This document shows positions 21,156 through 29,653 of a DNA stretch of 64,000 nucleotides, piece after piece. The DNA lies in NCBI GenBank assembly GCA_963727625.1, contig CAVSHR010000007.1:128001-192000 (forward strand), in the 5' to 3' direction. Made by a program: the position numbers and the translations under genes. This DNA is from an uncultured delta proteobacterium (lineage in GTDB: Bacteria; Desulfobacterota; Binatia; UBA9968). A model generated the notes under the pieces. The model was given only the letters and a program-made list of their open reading frames with translations. It did no database searches and was not told where the DNA came from. Each line of letters starts with the position of its first letter. Position 1 is the first letter of the stretch.

Positions 21156-21824
21156 TTATCTAATTGCTGCGTGCGGTTCGGACAGCCGTTGGTGGCCCAG
21201 GCGCTTGAATTGTTCCCGCCCGAAGTCGCTCGCGGCGTCAATCGCGCACCAAGGATAGGCCTCGGCGAAGAGCCTCACAGTAGGCTCAAAACCGTGCAGC
21301 GGCGGAACTAAATCGCGCAGGGTGTCATACCAGGCGCGGCGCTCATCGCGGTCGATGGGGGTATCATCTCGCGCGTCGATGCGAAGGCATAGCTCCTGCC
21401 AGTCAGGAACAGAAAAACCGCATCGCAAGTTTGCCGGATAGAGGGACAGTGCGCTCAGGCGCGGCCGGGTGAAGTGTTGGCTCTCGTCGAATTCTACGAT
21501 AAAAGGCGGAGCTGAAACAAAAAAATCGCAGAGCGGAACAACGGGGCTCTTGTTGAAGCCGCGCTGGCCGCGCAAGTCGCCCAGGGCGGCGCGGATTTGG
21601 TGCAAGAGTTCACCGAACGGTGTGTTCAAATAGTCATCCGGGAATGCCGACCAATCGAACGAATGATTGACCCGGCAGTCGCCGTAAATGGCTGTCAGAA
21701 GCTCGCGCACGCGAGCCTTGCAGGCGCGGCAATGGGCCGAATGTTCAGCGTTGAAGATTTCCAGGTTTGTCGACACAAGCAAAACCCTAGCACAACCAGA
21801 GCGAAGGAGAAGCAGCAATGGCAA
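21156..21824 (-). CDS. hypothetical protein, possible PD-(D/E)XK-like fold; start uncertain, possibly 5'-truncated
   Basis: Conserved-looking DFF...IVEFDESQHF and RDERRAWYDTLRD motifs. The annotated start collides with the divergent gene. Confidence 0.5.
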   Translation of the reverse strand: MPLLLLLRSGCARVLLVSTNLEIFNAEHSAHCRACKARVRELLTAIYGDCRVNHSFDWSAFPDDYLNTPFGELLHQIRAALGDLRGQRGFNKSPVVPLCDFFVSAPPFIVEFDESQHFTRPRLSALSLYPANLRCGFSVPDWQELCLRIDARDDTPIDRDERRAWYDTLRDLVPPLHGFEPTVRLFAEAYPWCAIDAASDFGREQFKRLGHQRLSEPHAAIR

Positions 21825-24076
21825 AACCCAATTCCATCATCGGCGCGCGCGTCCGGCGCGTCGAAGGCGCGGACAAGGTCAGCGGTCAAGCGGTCTACGG
21901 CGCCGATGTTCATTTTGCGGACGCTCTGTGGGGAAAGATTTTACGCAGCCCCTATCCCCACGCGCGGATTAAAAGCATCGATGTCTCGAAGGCGTGGAAG
22001 GTCGATGGCGTAAGGGCGATCGTCACGGGAAAGGATGAGCCTGAGCATTATCAGGGCAAGAGCATTCGCGACATTCCGGTTTTGTGTTGGGACAAGGTGC
22101 GCTTCACTGGCGACAAAGTCGCGGCGGTGGCCGCCGAGAGCCGCGACGCGGCGGAGGAGGCGATCAATTTGATCGAGGTCGAGTACGAAGAGCTTCCGGC
22201 CGTCTTTGACGCGCTCGAAGCGATGCAGCCGGGCGCGCCGATTCTGCACGACAACGCGCCGGCCTACGATGGCGCACCGGCGGATATCATGGCGCCGGCC
22301 GGCGGCAACCTGGTGAACAAACTCACCTGGGGCAAGGGCGATATCGAAAAAGGTTTCCGCGAGGCTGATTTGGTCCTGGAGCATACTTTTAAGATTCCGA
22401 TTCACCATCAGGGCTATTTGGAGCCGCAGTCGTTTCTCGTCAAGATCGACGACGACGGCAAGGTCGATGCCTGGTCGTCGACCAAGGGACCGTTCGGAAC
22501 GCGCGCGCAATTCGCCAAAGCAGTGGGCATTCCCGCCAGGCAGATTAGCATTCACGCAGTTCATGTCGGCGCCGACTTCGGCGGCAAGAGCGGCGCAGGT
22601 GAATTGCCGATTTGCTATTTCCTCGCCAAGCAAGCCAAGCGGCCGGTGAAAATCATCCTCAGCCACAGCGAAGAGCTGACGGTGATGAATCCCGATCATT
22701 ACACCGTGGTGAAAGTAAAGACCGGCGTCAAGCGCGACGGGCGGATGACCGCACGCTATTTGCAAGCGATCCATGGCACGGGAGCTTATGCCGGCATGAA
22801 GCCTGGGCGCGCCAGTATCGGCGGCGCCGGTTCGGCGACGCCGTACAAAATCGACAATACCTACATGGAAGCGCTGCAAGTCTACACCAACACGGTGCCC
22901 TGCGGCTTCTGGCGCGCGCCCGGCGCGATCCAAGCCGTGTTCGCATCCGAGTCGCACATGGATCTGATCGCCCGCGAGCTTAAGATGGACCCGGCGAAGT
23001 TTCGCATGATCAATCTGGTCGGCGAGGGCGAAGAAAACGGCCTCGGCAAATCCTGGAGCGGTGTCAAAGCCAAGGAGACGCTGCAGGCCGCGTTGGGCGC
23101 CGCCGGTTGGAAGAGCTCCAAGCGTCCCTACGTCGGCCGCGGTGTGGCGATGTACGAGCGCGGCACCGGCGCCGGCAAGGTATGGGTGAATTTAACCGCC
23201 GAAGCCGACGGCACTTTGACCGTGTTCACCGTTGCCGGGGATCAAGGAACGGGGCTACAGACGATTTTGTGCCAGACGGTGGCCGCCGAGATGCAGGTGC
23301 CCTACGAAAAAGTGCACTGTCGCATCGGCAATACTGCGGATGTTTCTTACAGCGTCGACGTCGGTTTCGGCGGCAGCCGCTCGACCAACATCAACAGCGC
23401 CGCGGCATTTCAAGCGAGCGGCGAGCTGCGCAAGAAGCTTATGGCCCAAGCGGCCAAACTTTTCGGCTGCGCCGAGGATCAACTGGTTTACAACAACGGC
23501 AAATTTTCCGTCAAAGGTGGAAAAAGCAAAGCGCTGTCTTTAAGCGACGTCGTCAAGGCGAGCGGCGGGCCGGTGACGGTGAGCGTCGAGACCGAAGTGC
23601 CGCGCAAGGGCTCGTCCACGTCGTTCATCGCTCAGGTTGCGGAGGTGGAGGTCGATCCGGAAACCGGCCGGGTCAAGCTGCGCAACTTCGTCAGCGCCCA
23701 CGACGTCGGCACGATCATCAATCCGATCGGCCATCAGGGGCAGATCGACGGCGAGGCGATCATGGCGATCGGCTCGGGCTTGATGGAAGAGTTGATCGAC
23801 GATCAGGGGAAAGTGATCACGACAAACCTGGGCGAATACAAAATTCCCAACATCGTCGATATCCCGCGCTTCAAAACGGTCTTGGTCAAAGGCAAGAACG
23901 GCCCCGGCCCCTACGAGGCCAAGGGCATCGGCGAACACGCCAACGTGAGCCCGCCGGCGGCCATCGCCAACGCCATTCACGACGCCTGCGGCGTGCGCTT
24001 GTTCGAAATACCCGCGACAGCCGAGCGGGTGTATCGGGAGTTAAAAAGGCAAGAGGCAATCGGCAATAGGCAATAG
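21818..24076 (+). CDS. xanthine dehydrogenase family molybdopterin-binding (large) subunit
   Basis: RSPYPHARI, GADFGGK, QIDG, AKGIGE; RBS AAGGAG. Confidence 0.92.
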   Translation: MAKPNSIIGARVRRVEGADKVSGQAVYGADVHFADALWGKILRSPYPHARIKSIDVSKAWKVDGVRAIVTGKDEPEHYQGKSIRDIPVLCWDKVRFTGDKVAAVAAESRDAAEEAINLIEVEYEELPAVFDALEAMQPGAPILHDNAPAYDGAPADIMAPAGGNLVNKLTWGKGDIEKGFREADLVLEHTFKIPIHHQGYLEPQSFLVKIDDDGKVDAWSSTKGPFGTRAQFAKAVGIPARQISIHAVHVGADFGGKSGAGELPICYFLAKQAKRPVKIILSHSEELTVMNPDHYTVVKVKTGVKRDGRMTARYLQAIHGTGAYAGMKPGRASIGGAGSATPYKIDNTYMEALQVYTNTVPCGFWRAPGAIQAVFASESHMDLIARELKMDPAKFRMINLVGEGEENGLGKSWSGVKAKETLQAALGAAGWKSSKRPYVGRGVAMYERGTGAGKVWVNLTAEADGTLTVFTVAGDQGTGLQTILCQTVAAEMQVPYEKVHCRIGNTADVSYSVDVGFGGSRSTNINSAAAFQASGELRKKLMAQAAKLFGCAEDQLVYNNGKFSVKGGKSKALSLSDVVKASGGPVTVSVETEVPRKGSSTSFIAQVAEVEVDPETGRVKLRNFVSAHDVGTIINPIGHQGQIDGEAIMAIGSGLMEELIDDQGKVITTNLGEYKIPNIVDIPRFKTVLVKGKNGPGPYEAKGIGEHANVSPPAAIANAIHDACGVRLFEIPATAERVYRELKRQEAIGNRQ

Positions 24077-24133
24077 TTGAAGAAGGCTTGAGGCGAGAGG
24101 CGTGAGGGAGAGTGTAAAAATGCAGGAGGGATT

Positions 24134-25144
24134 ATGGAGAATAACCGTTACGATTTGAGAATTATTTGGGGTTTCGTTTTGGTCATGCTGACTCTAATTT
24201 CAGCACGTGGTGCAGTGGCCCAGGACAAAATCAGGATTGCCTACAGCTCCACGGATACGCTCAATCAGCTCTGGACGATTCCCAAAGAGGTCGGTTTCTA
24301 CAAGAAATACGGTCTGGATGTCGATCTGGTTTACATCGGCAGCACCACCATCGGTATCGCCGCGATCATGGCGCAAGATGTGCCAATCGGTAACGCCGCC
24401 GGCAGCGGCGTCGCCAACGCCAACGTGCGCGGCGCCGACACCGTGAGCGTCGGTTGCATGATCAACGTTTTGGCCTATGAGCTGGTGGTTCTCGACAGCA
24501 TCAAGACGCCGGAGGATTTGAAAGGAAAATCCATCGGCATCAGCCGCTTCGGCAGCGTTTCTGACGTGGCCGCGCGCGAGCTGCTCAAGGGATTGGGTCT
24601 ACGGCCGCAGGAAGACGTAAAGATCTTGCAAGTAGGCGGCGCTTCGGATCGTGCCGCCGGATTCAGCCGGGGCGTCATCGCCGGATTTCCATCGCCGCCG
24701 GGGAACGTGAATTTGATTCCCGGCGGACTGCCGCACCGTATTCTGGCCGACATGGCCGATCAAAAAAAGCCCTATCCTTTGCCGTTTATCTGCGCGGTGA
24801 CGACCAAGAGTTATCTCGCCAAGAATCGCTCCATCGTCAAGCGGGTCATGATGGCACTGATCGAAGCGTCGCATTACTTCAAAACCAACAAAGAGGGCAC
24901 GCAGAAAGTCGTCGCCAAATACCTGCGCAACGCCAATAAAGCGTACCTCGAAGCGTCGTATGCCTCGACGGTAAAAATCCTCGAGCAGGTGCCGTACACG
25001 ACCCGCGCGGGCATGAAGATCCAGCTCGACGCGGCCCTCAAGCAAAGCCCCGACAGCAAGGTGACGGTCGACAGCCTGATCGACGACAGCATCGTGCGCG
25101 AACTCGAGAAGGAAGGGTTTATCGATCGGGTGTATTCAAGATAG
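24134..25144 (+). CDS. ABC transporter substrate-binding protein (NMT1/THI5/SsuA-like)
   Basis: Signal peptide; GFYKKYGLDVDL, DLKGKSIGISRFGS, IVRELEKEGFI. Confidence 0.88.
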   Translation: MENNRYDLRIIWGFVLVMLTLISARGAVAQDKIRIAYSSTDTLNQLWTIPKEVGFYKKYGLDVDLVYIGSTTIGIAAIMAQDVPIGNAAGSGVANANVRGADTVSVGCMINVLAYELVVLDSIKTPEDLKGKSIGISRFGSVSDVAARELLKGLGLRPQEDVKILQVGGASDRAAGFSRGVIAGFPSPPGNVNLIPGGLPHRILADMADQKKPYPLPFICAVTTKSYLAKNRSIVKRVMMALIEASHYFKTNKEGTQKVVAKYLRNANKAYLEASYASTVKILEQVPYTTRAGMKIQLDAALKQSPDSKVTVDSLIDDSIVRELEKEGFIDRVYSR

Positions 25145-25576
25145 GCAAAAGGCATTAGGCAGTAGTCTGAGAAGAGCGATGTCAGCACCGCTTACATGAT
25201 AAACAGTCACAAAGACTTGCTCATCTGGCAACGGTCTATGGAATTGGTTGAGTCGATTTATCGAATCACTCGGCAATTGCCGACGAGCGAGCAGTTCGGA
25301 CTAATCGCGCAAATGCGCCGAGCGGCGATCTCGGTGCCCTCGAATATCGCGGAGGGATATGGACGTCAAGCGACCGGTGAGTACAGACATCATCTGTCGT
25401 TTGGCCGAGGTTCCCTGCTAGAATTAGAAACACAATTGATGCTTTGCCAAAGACTTCAGTTTTTATCAGAAGGCGAGGCCGATGCTGTTCTCAAAGAAAT
25501 CGCTGAGATTAGCAAAATGTTTGGCGCATTGATTACTAAACTGTCCTAACTAGTTATTGCCTAATGCCTATTGCCT
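25143..25576. repeat. inverted heptamer-repeat arms flanking the four-helix-bundle gene
   Basis: 25143-25164 AGGCAAAAGGCATTAGGCAGTA versus 25555-25576 TATTGCCTAATGCCTATTGCCT; 20/22 positions complementary. Confidence 0.8.
25196..25549 (+). CDS. four helix bundle protein (23S rRNA IVS-protein / Avd-like family)
   Basis: KDLLIWQRSM, EQFGLIAQMRRAAISVPSNIAEG, GSLLELETQL. Confidence 0.92.
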   Translation: MINSHKDLLIWQRSMELVESIYRITRQLPTSEQFGLIAQMRRAAISVPSNIAEGYGRQATGEYRHHLSFGRGSLLELETQLMLCQRLQFLSEGEADAVLKEIAEISKMFGALITKLS

Positions 25577-25593
25577 GCTAAAGGAGTCCTCCC

Positions 25594-26297
25594 ATGATCG
25601 ATCTTTACTACTGGACCACGCCGAACGGGCATAAGATCACGATCTTCTTGGAAGAGACGGGTCTGCCTTACAATATTAAGCCTGTTAATATCGGGAAGGG
25701 CGAACAGTTCAAGCCGGAGTTTCTAAAAATCTCGCCGAATAATCGGATTCCGGCGATCGTCGATAACGACCCCGGCGACGGCGGCGGACCGCTAAGCGTT
25801 TTCGAATCCGGAGCGATTCTGGAATATCTCGCTTTGAAAACCGGCAAGTTCTTGCCGAGCGAACTGTGCGCGGGCGCGCGGAAGTCATGCAATGGCTGTT
25901 CTGGCAGATGGGCGGGCTCGGGCCGATGCTCGGGCAGAATCATCACTTCCGCGGTTATGCGGCGGAAAAAATAACTTACGCCATCGAACGCTACACCAAA
26001 GAGACCGAGCGGCTCTACGGCGTGCTCGACGAGCGTTTGGCCGATCGCGAGTTTGTCGCCGGCGCCTACTACACGATCGCCGACATGGCCTGCTACCCGT
26101 GGATCGTGCTGCACGAACGCCAGGGACAGGATTTGAACGACTTCCCCAACATCAAGCGCTGGTTCGAGACGATTCATCAGCGCCCCGCGGTGGAGCGCGC
26201 TTACGCGATCGCGCGCCGGGTCAATCCGGATAGCCGCGGCATGACCGAAGAGGCGAAGAAAATACTATTTGGACAGGGCCGACGAGCAAAGACTTAA
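25594..26297 (+). CDS. YfcG-type glutathione S-transferase / disulfide oxidoreductase, frameshifted at ~25866
   Basis: [22 protein letters not shown] in frame 1; [13 protein letters not shown] and YTIADMA in the next frame. An extra TG in CTGTGCGC explains the shift. Confidence 0.85.
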
Positions 26298-26623
26298 AGG
26301 CGTGAACAATGAATTTTTTCAAGCCGTTCAAGTCGTTCTATCTGCCCTTCCATCACGGGGTCACTTGTAGCCTTTAACCTGCGCTGTGCGGACATTTCCG
26401 ACACCTCAATAGGATTTCCCCTACTACGTTTTCCAGACGCGCCGGCTTTGCTTGAGCTTTTTCCAGAACTTCCGGCGAACGGAAAACTCCACCTCTTCGG
26501 TACGAGAGTTGCTATAGCATCTTGGCGCGGTGGCATTGCACTAAAACAATGGCTCGGTGGTAACGCGCCGCCAGCGCTTGTCGACCGACGGCTTGAAAAT
26601 GGCGGTGGCGGAGGAGGCGACTC

Positions 26624-27064
26624 ATGGCGGAGAAAAAACAGCCGGCCAATCGTGACTATAGGGTCGATCGTTTCTCGCCGGAAGAGACCCAACTATTTCG
26701 CCAGCCCGATGCTCTGTGCTGTGATGAATATCTGCACGTTTATCAGGCCAGACCGGTGGAGACTCCGGAAAGGCGCTTGCTAGCGGCGATCCTGCGCGAT
26801 GCGATCGATTGCTACCTGCGCGATTGTTGTACGGAAAACCGCCACAAAAAGAGCAGCTTCCGTGAAGCCGAGGAGTGGTTTTTCAGCACCGACGATTACG
26901 ACGTTTTCAGCGTCGAAAACATCTGCAGCGTTCTCAGCATCAACCCGGGCTATGTTCGAAGGAGCCTGTTGAGCTATCAACAGAAACACCGAATCCCCGC
27001 CGATTCCCAAGCGGAAAAAGCCCGCGAGGAGTCGGCCGCGGGCCATTTGCGGCTGGCCTCATGA
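26624..27064 (+). CDS. conserved hypothetical protein (paralog of 12644..13072)
   Basis: RBS GGAGG; PERRLLAAILRDAIDC...EAEEWFFS...ICSVLSINPGYVRRSL. Confidence 0.75.
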   Translation: MAEKKQPANRDYRVDRFSPEETQLFRQPDALCCDEYLHVYQARPVETPERRLLAAILRDAIDCYLRDCCTENRHKKSSFREAEEWFFSTDDYDVFSVENICSVLSINPGYVRRSLLSYQQKHRIPADSQAEKAREESAAGHLRLAS

Positions 27065-27390
27065 TGTAAGCTGCGCTCGACGCTTGTCTCTCAACGACGT
27101 CGGTCTAACGCGAAACGCTCCTTTCGGTCTGCTTAGCTGCCGGCCGGGTCGATCCCGATCGGTTTTCCCCTCCCTTGTCTGTCGCCGCGTCAAGTCCATT
27201 GGCCTGCGGTTTGTGATTTGAGTGAATGTCTAGGATATTCGTTCCAGCTCAGAACTGTTTTGCGATTTTTTTCCGTGTAAAAACGCAGCGAATGGTGGTT
27301 TCCCGGCTCTGTGTTCCTATAGATTGCAGTGCCTTTGACAAGCGACGCTGACCGATCGCAATATTCGGCGATGGATTTGAACTCCAACCA

Positions 27391-27504
27391 AGACGCTTCG
27401 ACGGCAGCTATCGCTGGTTTCTCTTTCGCGCCGTGCCGGCGCGGGACGGCGCAGGCAAGCTGATCCGTTGGTATGGAACCAACGCCGACATCGAAGACCT
27501 CAAA
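27391..27504 (+). pseudogene. PAS/PAC domain fragment
   Basis: Translates RRFDGSYRWFLFRAVPARDGAGKLIRWYGTNADIEDLK, a classic PAC motif, with no gene context. Confidence 0.75.
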
Positions 27505-27705
27505 TTCTTCCACGGTAATGCCTGCACCCTGGATCAGGGCACGGAGCGTTCCTCTGTCGCGCTCTCGATGATCGGGCACCGACAGATGACGGCGGTTTGG
27601 ATGGTACAGGATGATGTGGCTTCCCTTTTGCCGGTGGAAGATAAAACCGACTTTCCCAAAAACTTTGACCGCGTCGCGGCCGGAGATGACAGAGTAGCGT
27701 GGCCG
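27502..27705 (-). pseudogene. HicA-family toxin remnant (start codon lost, 3' end fused to the PAS fragment)
   Basis: PRYSVISGRDAVKVFGKVGFIFHRQKGSHIIL...SVPDHRERDRGTLRALIQGAGITVEEF with the GSH motif; directly after hicB. Confidence 0.8.
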
Positions 27706-27921
27706 TCAAGCGGCGACGCTGATCTCGACGATATCGGCGGACGGAATGGGTAGATTTTGCGCTCGACGTACTCCGATAATGCCTTCGATCGCTTCCCGGA
27801 TATTTTTAAGCGCCTTTTCCCGGGTCTTACCTTGAGAGACGCAGCCCGGAAGCGTAGGGCATTCGGCCACAATATAGCCGTCTTCCCCGGCGCTCAACGT
27901 AACGATATACGTCTTTTCCAT
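27706..27921 (-). CDS. HicB-family antitoxin (short form)
   Basis: EDGYIVAECPTLPGCVSQGKTREKALKNIREAI. Confidence 0.88.
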   Translation of the reverse strand: MEKTYIVTLSAGEDGYIVAECPTLPGCVSQGKTREKALKNIREAIEGIIGVRRAQNLPIPSADIVEISVAA

Positions 27922-27977
27922 AGCAGCAGGATCCTAACATTTTCCGTGTTTTAATGAGAATAGGTTCTTTCAAATCA

Positions 27978-28160
27978 CGGCATGACGCGCATCGCCACGG
28001 TTTAGCAACGCATGCCAGCTGACCTCGTGCGCAGGCAATCCGCTGAAGATTCTCAAACCGCCGGTCGAGATCCCGGGATTCACCATGCGCCAGGGCTGGC
28101 ATGAGATCCACCGCAACGATCCCGGTCACCGCTGGCTGCGCGGTGCGCTTATCAATGCCG
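27978..28160 (+). repeat. decayed LysR-regulator 3'-end repeat, copy 1
   Basis: Encodes ..PLKILKPPVEIPGFTMRQGWHEIHRNDPGHRWLR.. with a stop and a frameshift upstream. Confidence 0.8.
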
Positions 28161-28185
28161 TCGAAGCGCGGCGAAAGATCGGTGT

Positions 28186-28330
28186 TTGAGCCCGCCCCGA
28201 TTGCACCGACAGAAAGCTAAGCGACAGCCCTCGACCGTTCATAGTCGACTGGGGTGACTCGTACCGCGGGGCGACCGGAGACAAACTTCCTTCGTAGGAA
28301 TTGTTTGACGACAAGATCCGCCTATGCCCG
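28186..28330 (+). mobile_element. IS200-like left-end remnant plus flanking block repeated at 34256-34328
   Basis: CCCTCGACCGTTCATAGTCGACTGGGGTGAC matches the sequence just upstream of the tnpA relic at 34294. Confidence 0.6.
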
Positions 28331-28396
28331 ATTCTAGACCTAACCCGAGCCCTGTGCGCCAGGCAAATAGTGAATTAGCAAGCTGCCGTCGAGCGC

Positions 28397-29440
28397 TCAC
28401 AGCCCGTAAAGGGCCTGGGCGTTGTCGCCGAGGATCTTATCGATCGACGCGGCGGAGATTTTCCCGTCCGCTTTGAGCTTTCTCAGGGCGTTGATCTCGG
28501 AGGCGGTGTCGTCATGGCCGTAGTCGGTACCGATGATCAGATTGTCATCGCCCACGTGTTCCAGAATATAGGGTAGGTCATCGCTCGTCTGGCAGGCGAC
28601 GTAGATACGATTGTCCTTGAGCAGCTCTTTGTCCGACCAAGGCTTCCCGCGCCGCCGATAGCCGATCTCCACGTGGTTCATCACGTAGGGAAGCCACTCG
28701 GCGCTGAGCTCGACGAAAGCCCAGCGTAATTCCGGAAATTTTTGCGGCAGACGGCTGCCGATGACACTGGCGAAGAGATTGATCGGGCCGAACTTGAATT
28801 GGGCGAGGCTGGCGCCGCGTCCGAAGATGTCGAACATCTCCAAGTTGCCCTGCGAGGCATGCACGCAGAGGGGCATCCCCAGTCGGCTCGCCTCCTCGTA
28901 CACGGGGAAAAAATATGGGTCCGTCGGCAGCTTTTCCCCTTCGACGCCCCGGATAAAAACACCGCAGGCGCCGTTCTTTTTGCCGAAGTTCAACTCTTCG
29001 ATGGCCTTGTCGATGTAGTGCAGCGGTGGAATAACGACCCAGCGCAATCGACCCTTGCCGTCTTTCCAGATATCCGCGAGCCAGCGGTTGTAGCTCTTGC
29101 ATAGCGCCGCGTCCACGTGCGCCAGGGGCGTCAGAGTGCGAAGAAACAGACTTGGGTAAAGAACCTGACAGTCCACTCCGAGATCGTCCATGTGGGCAAG
29201 GCGGGCCTCCAGGTCCGCCGCCTCGCGCCGCTCTTTGGCGATGTCAAAACCGATGTTCCCATCCTTGGCGAAAACCCGACCGCCGATCATCCAGTATTCG
29301 CTTGCCCTCTGCTCGGAAGGCTTCTGTTCCGGGTCTTTGAACACCATGACGCAGGGCGCAAAGGATCTCTCGCCTGCATCCATGTAATCCCAGGTTCGCT
29401 CCCACTCGACGACATGCGCGTCGGCATCGATCACGGCCAT
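28397..29440 (-). CDS. amidohydrolase_2 family protein
   Basis: IDADAHV, QVLYPS, YNRWLAD, LCVH, IGTDYGH. Confidence 0.88.
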   Translation of the reverse strand: MAVIDADAHVVEWERTWDYMDAGERSFAPCVMVFKDPEQKPSEQRASEYWMIGGRVFAKDGNIGFDIAKERREAADLEARLAHMDDLGVDCQVLYPSLFLRTLTPLAHVDAALCKSYNRWLADIWKDGKGRLRWVVIPPLHYIDKAIEELNFGKKNGACGVFIRGVEGEKLPTDPYFFPVYEEASRLGMPLCVHASQGNLEMFDIFGRGASLAQFKFGPINLFASVIGSRLPQKFPELRWAFVELSAEWLPYVMNHVEIGYRRRGKPWSDKELLKDNRIYVACQTSDDLPYILEHVGDDNLIIGTDYGHDDTASEINALRKLKADGKISAASIDKILGDNAQALYGL

Positions 29441-29653
29441 CGGCTCAATCCTTCTTTCCGGTGAATTTAGCACTACTGTTAGGGCGGCGCGCCTCGCGCT
29501 GTCAAGAGGGAGTGCGCCTTGTGTGAATGAGTATCGCGGCGACTCCCGGCATCCAGGGACTGCTTGCCGACGCTCCCCAAGCTGGACAGATTGCACCCGA
29601 CGGCGCCGTTTTGCTAGGTTGGGGGCTCCCGTTGGTCCCGAGAAGAGCGCATC

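Noticed and set aside
25196-25549. Four-helix-bundle gene as Avd of a diversity-generating retroelement
   Set aside because: No reverse transcriptase and no TR/VR pair with adenine-specific mismatches seen. The LysR repeats differ at all base types and by indels.
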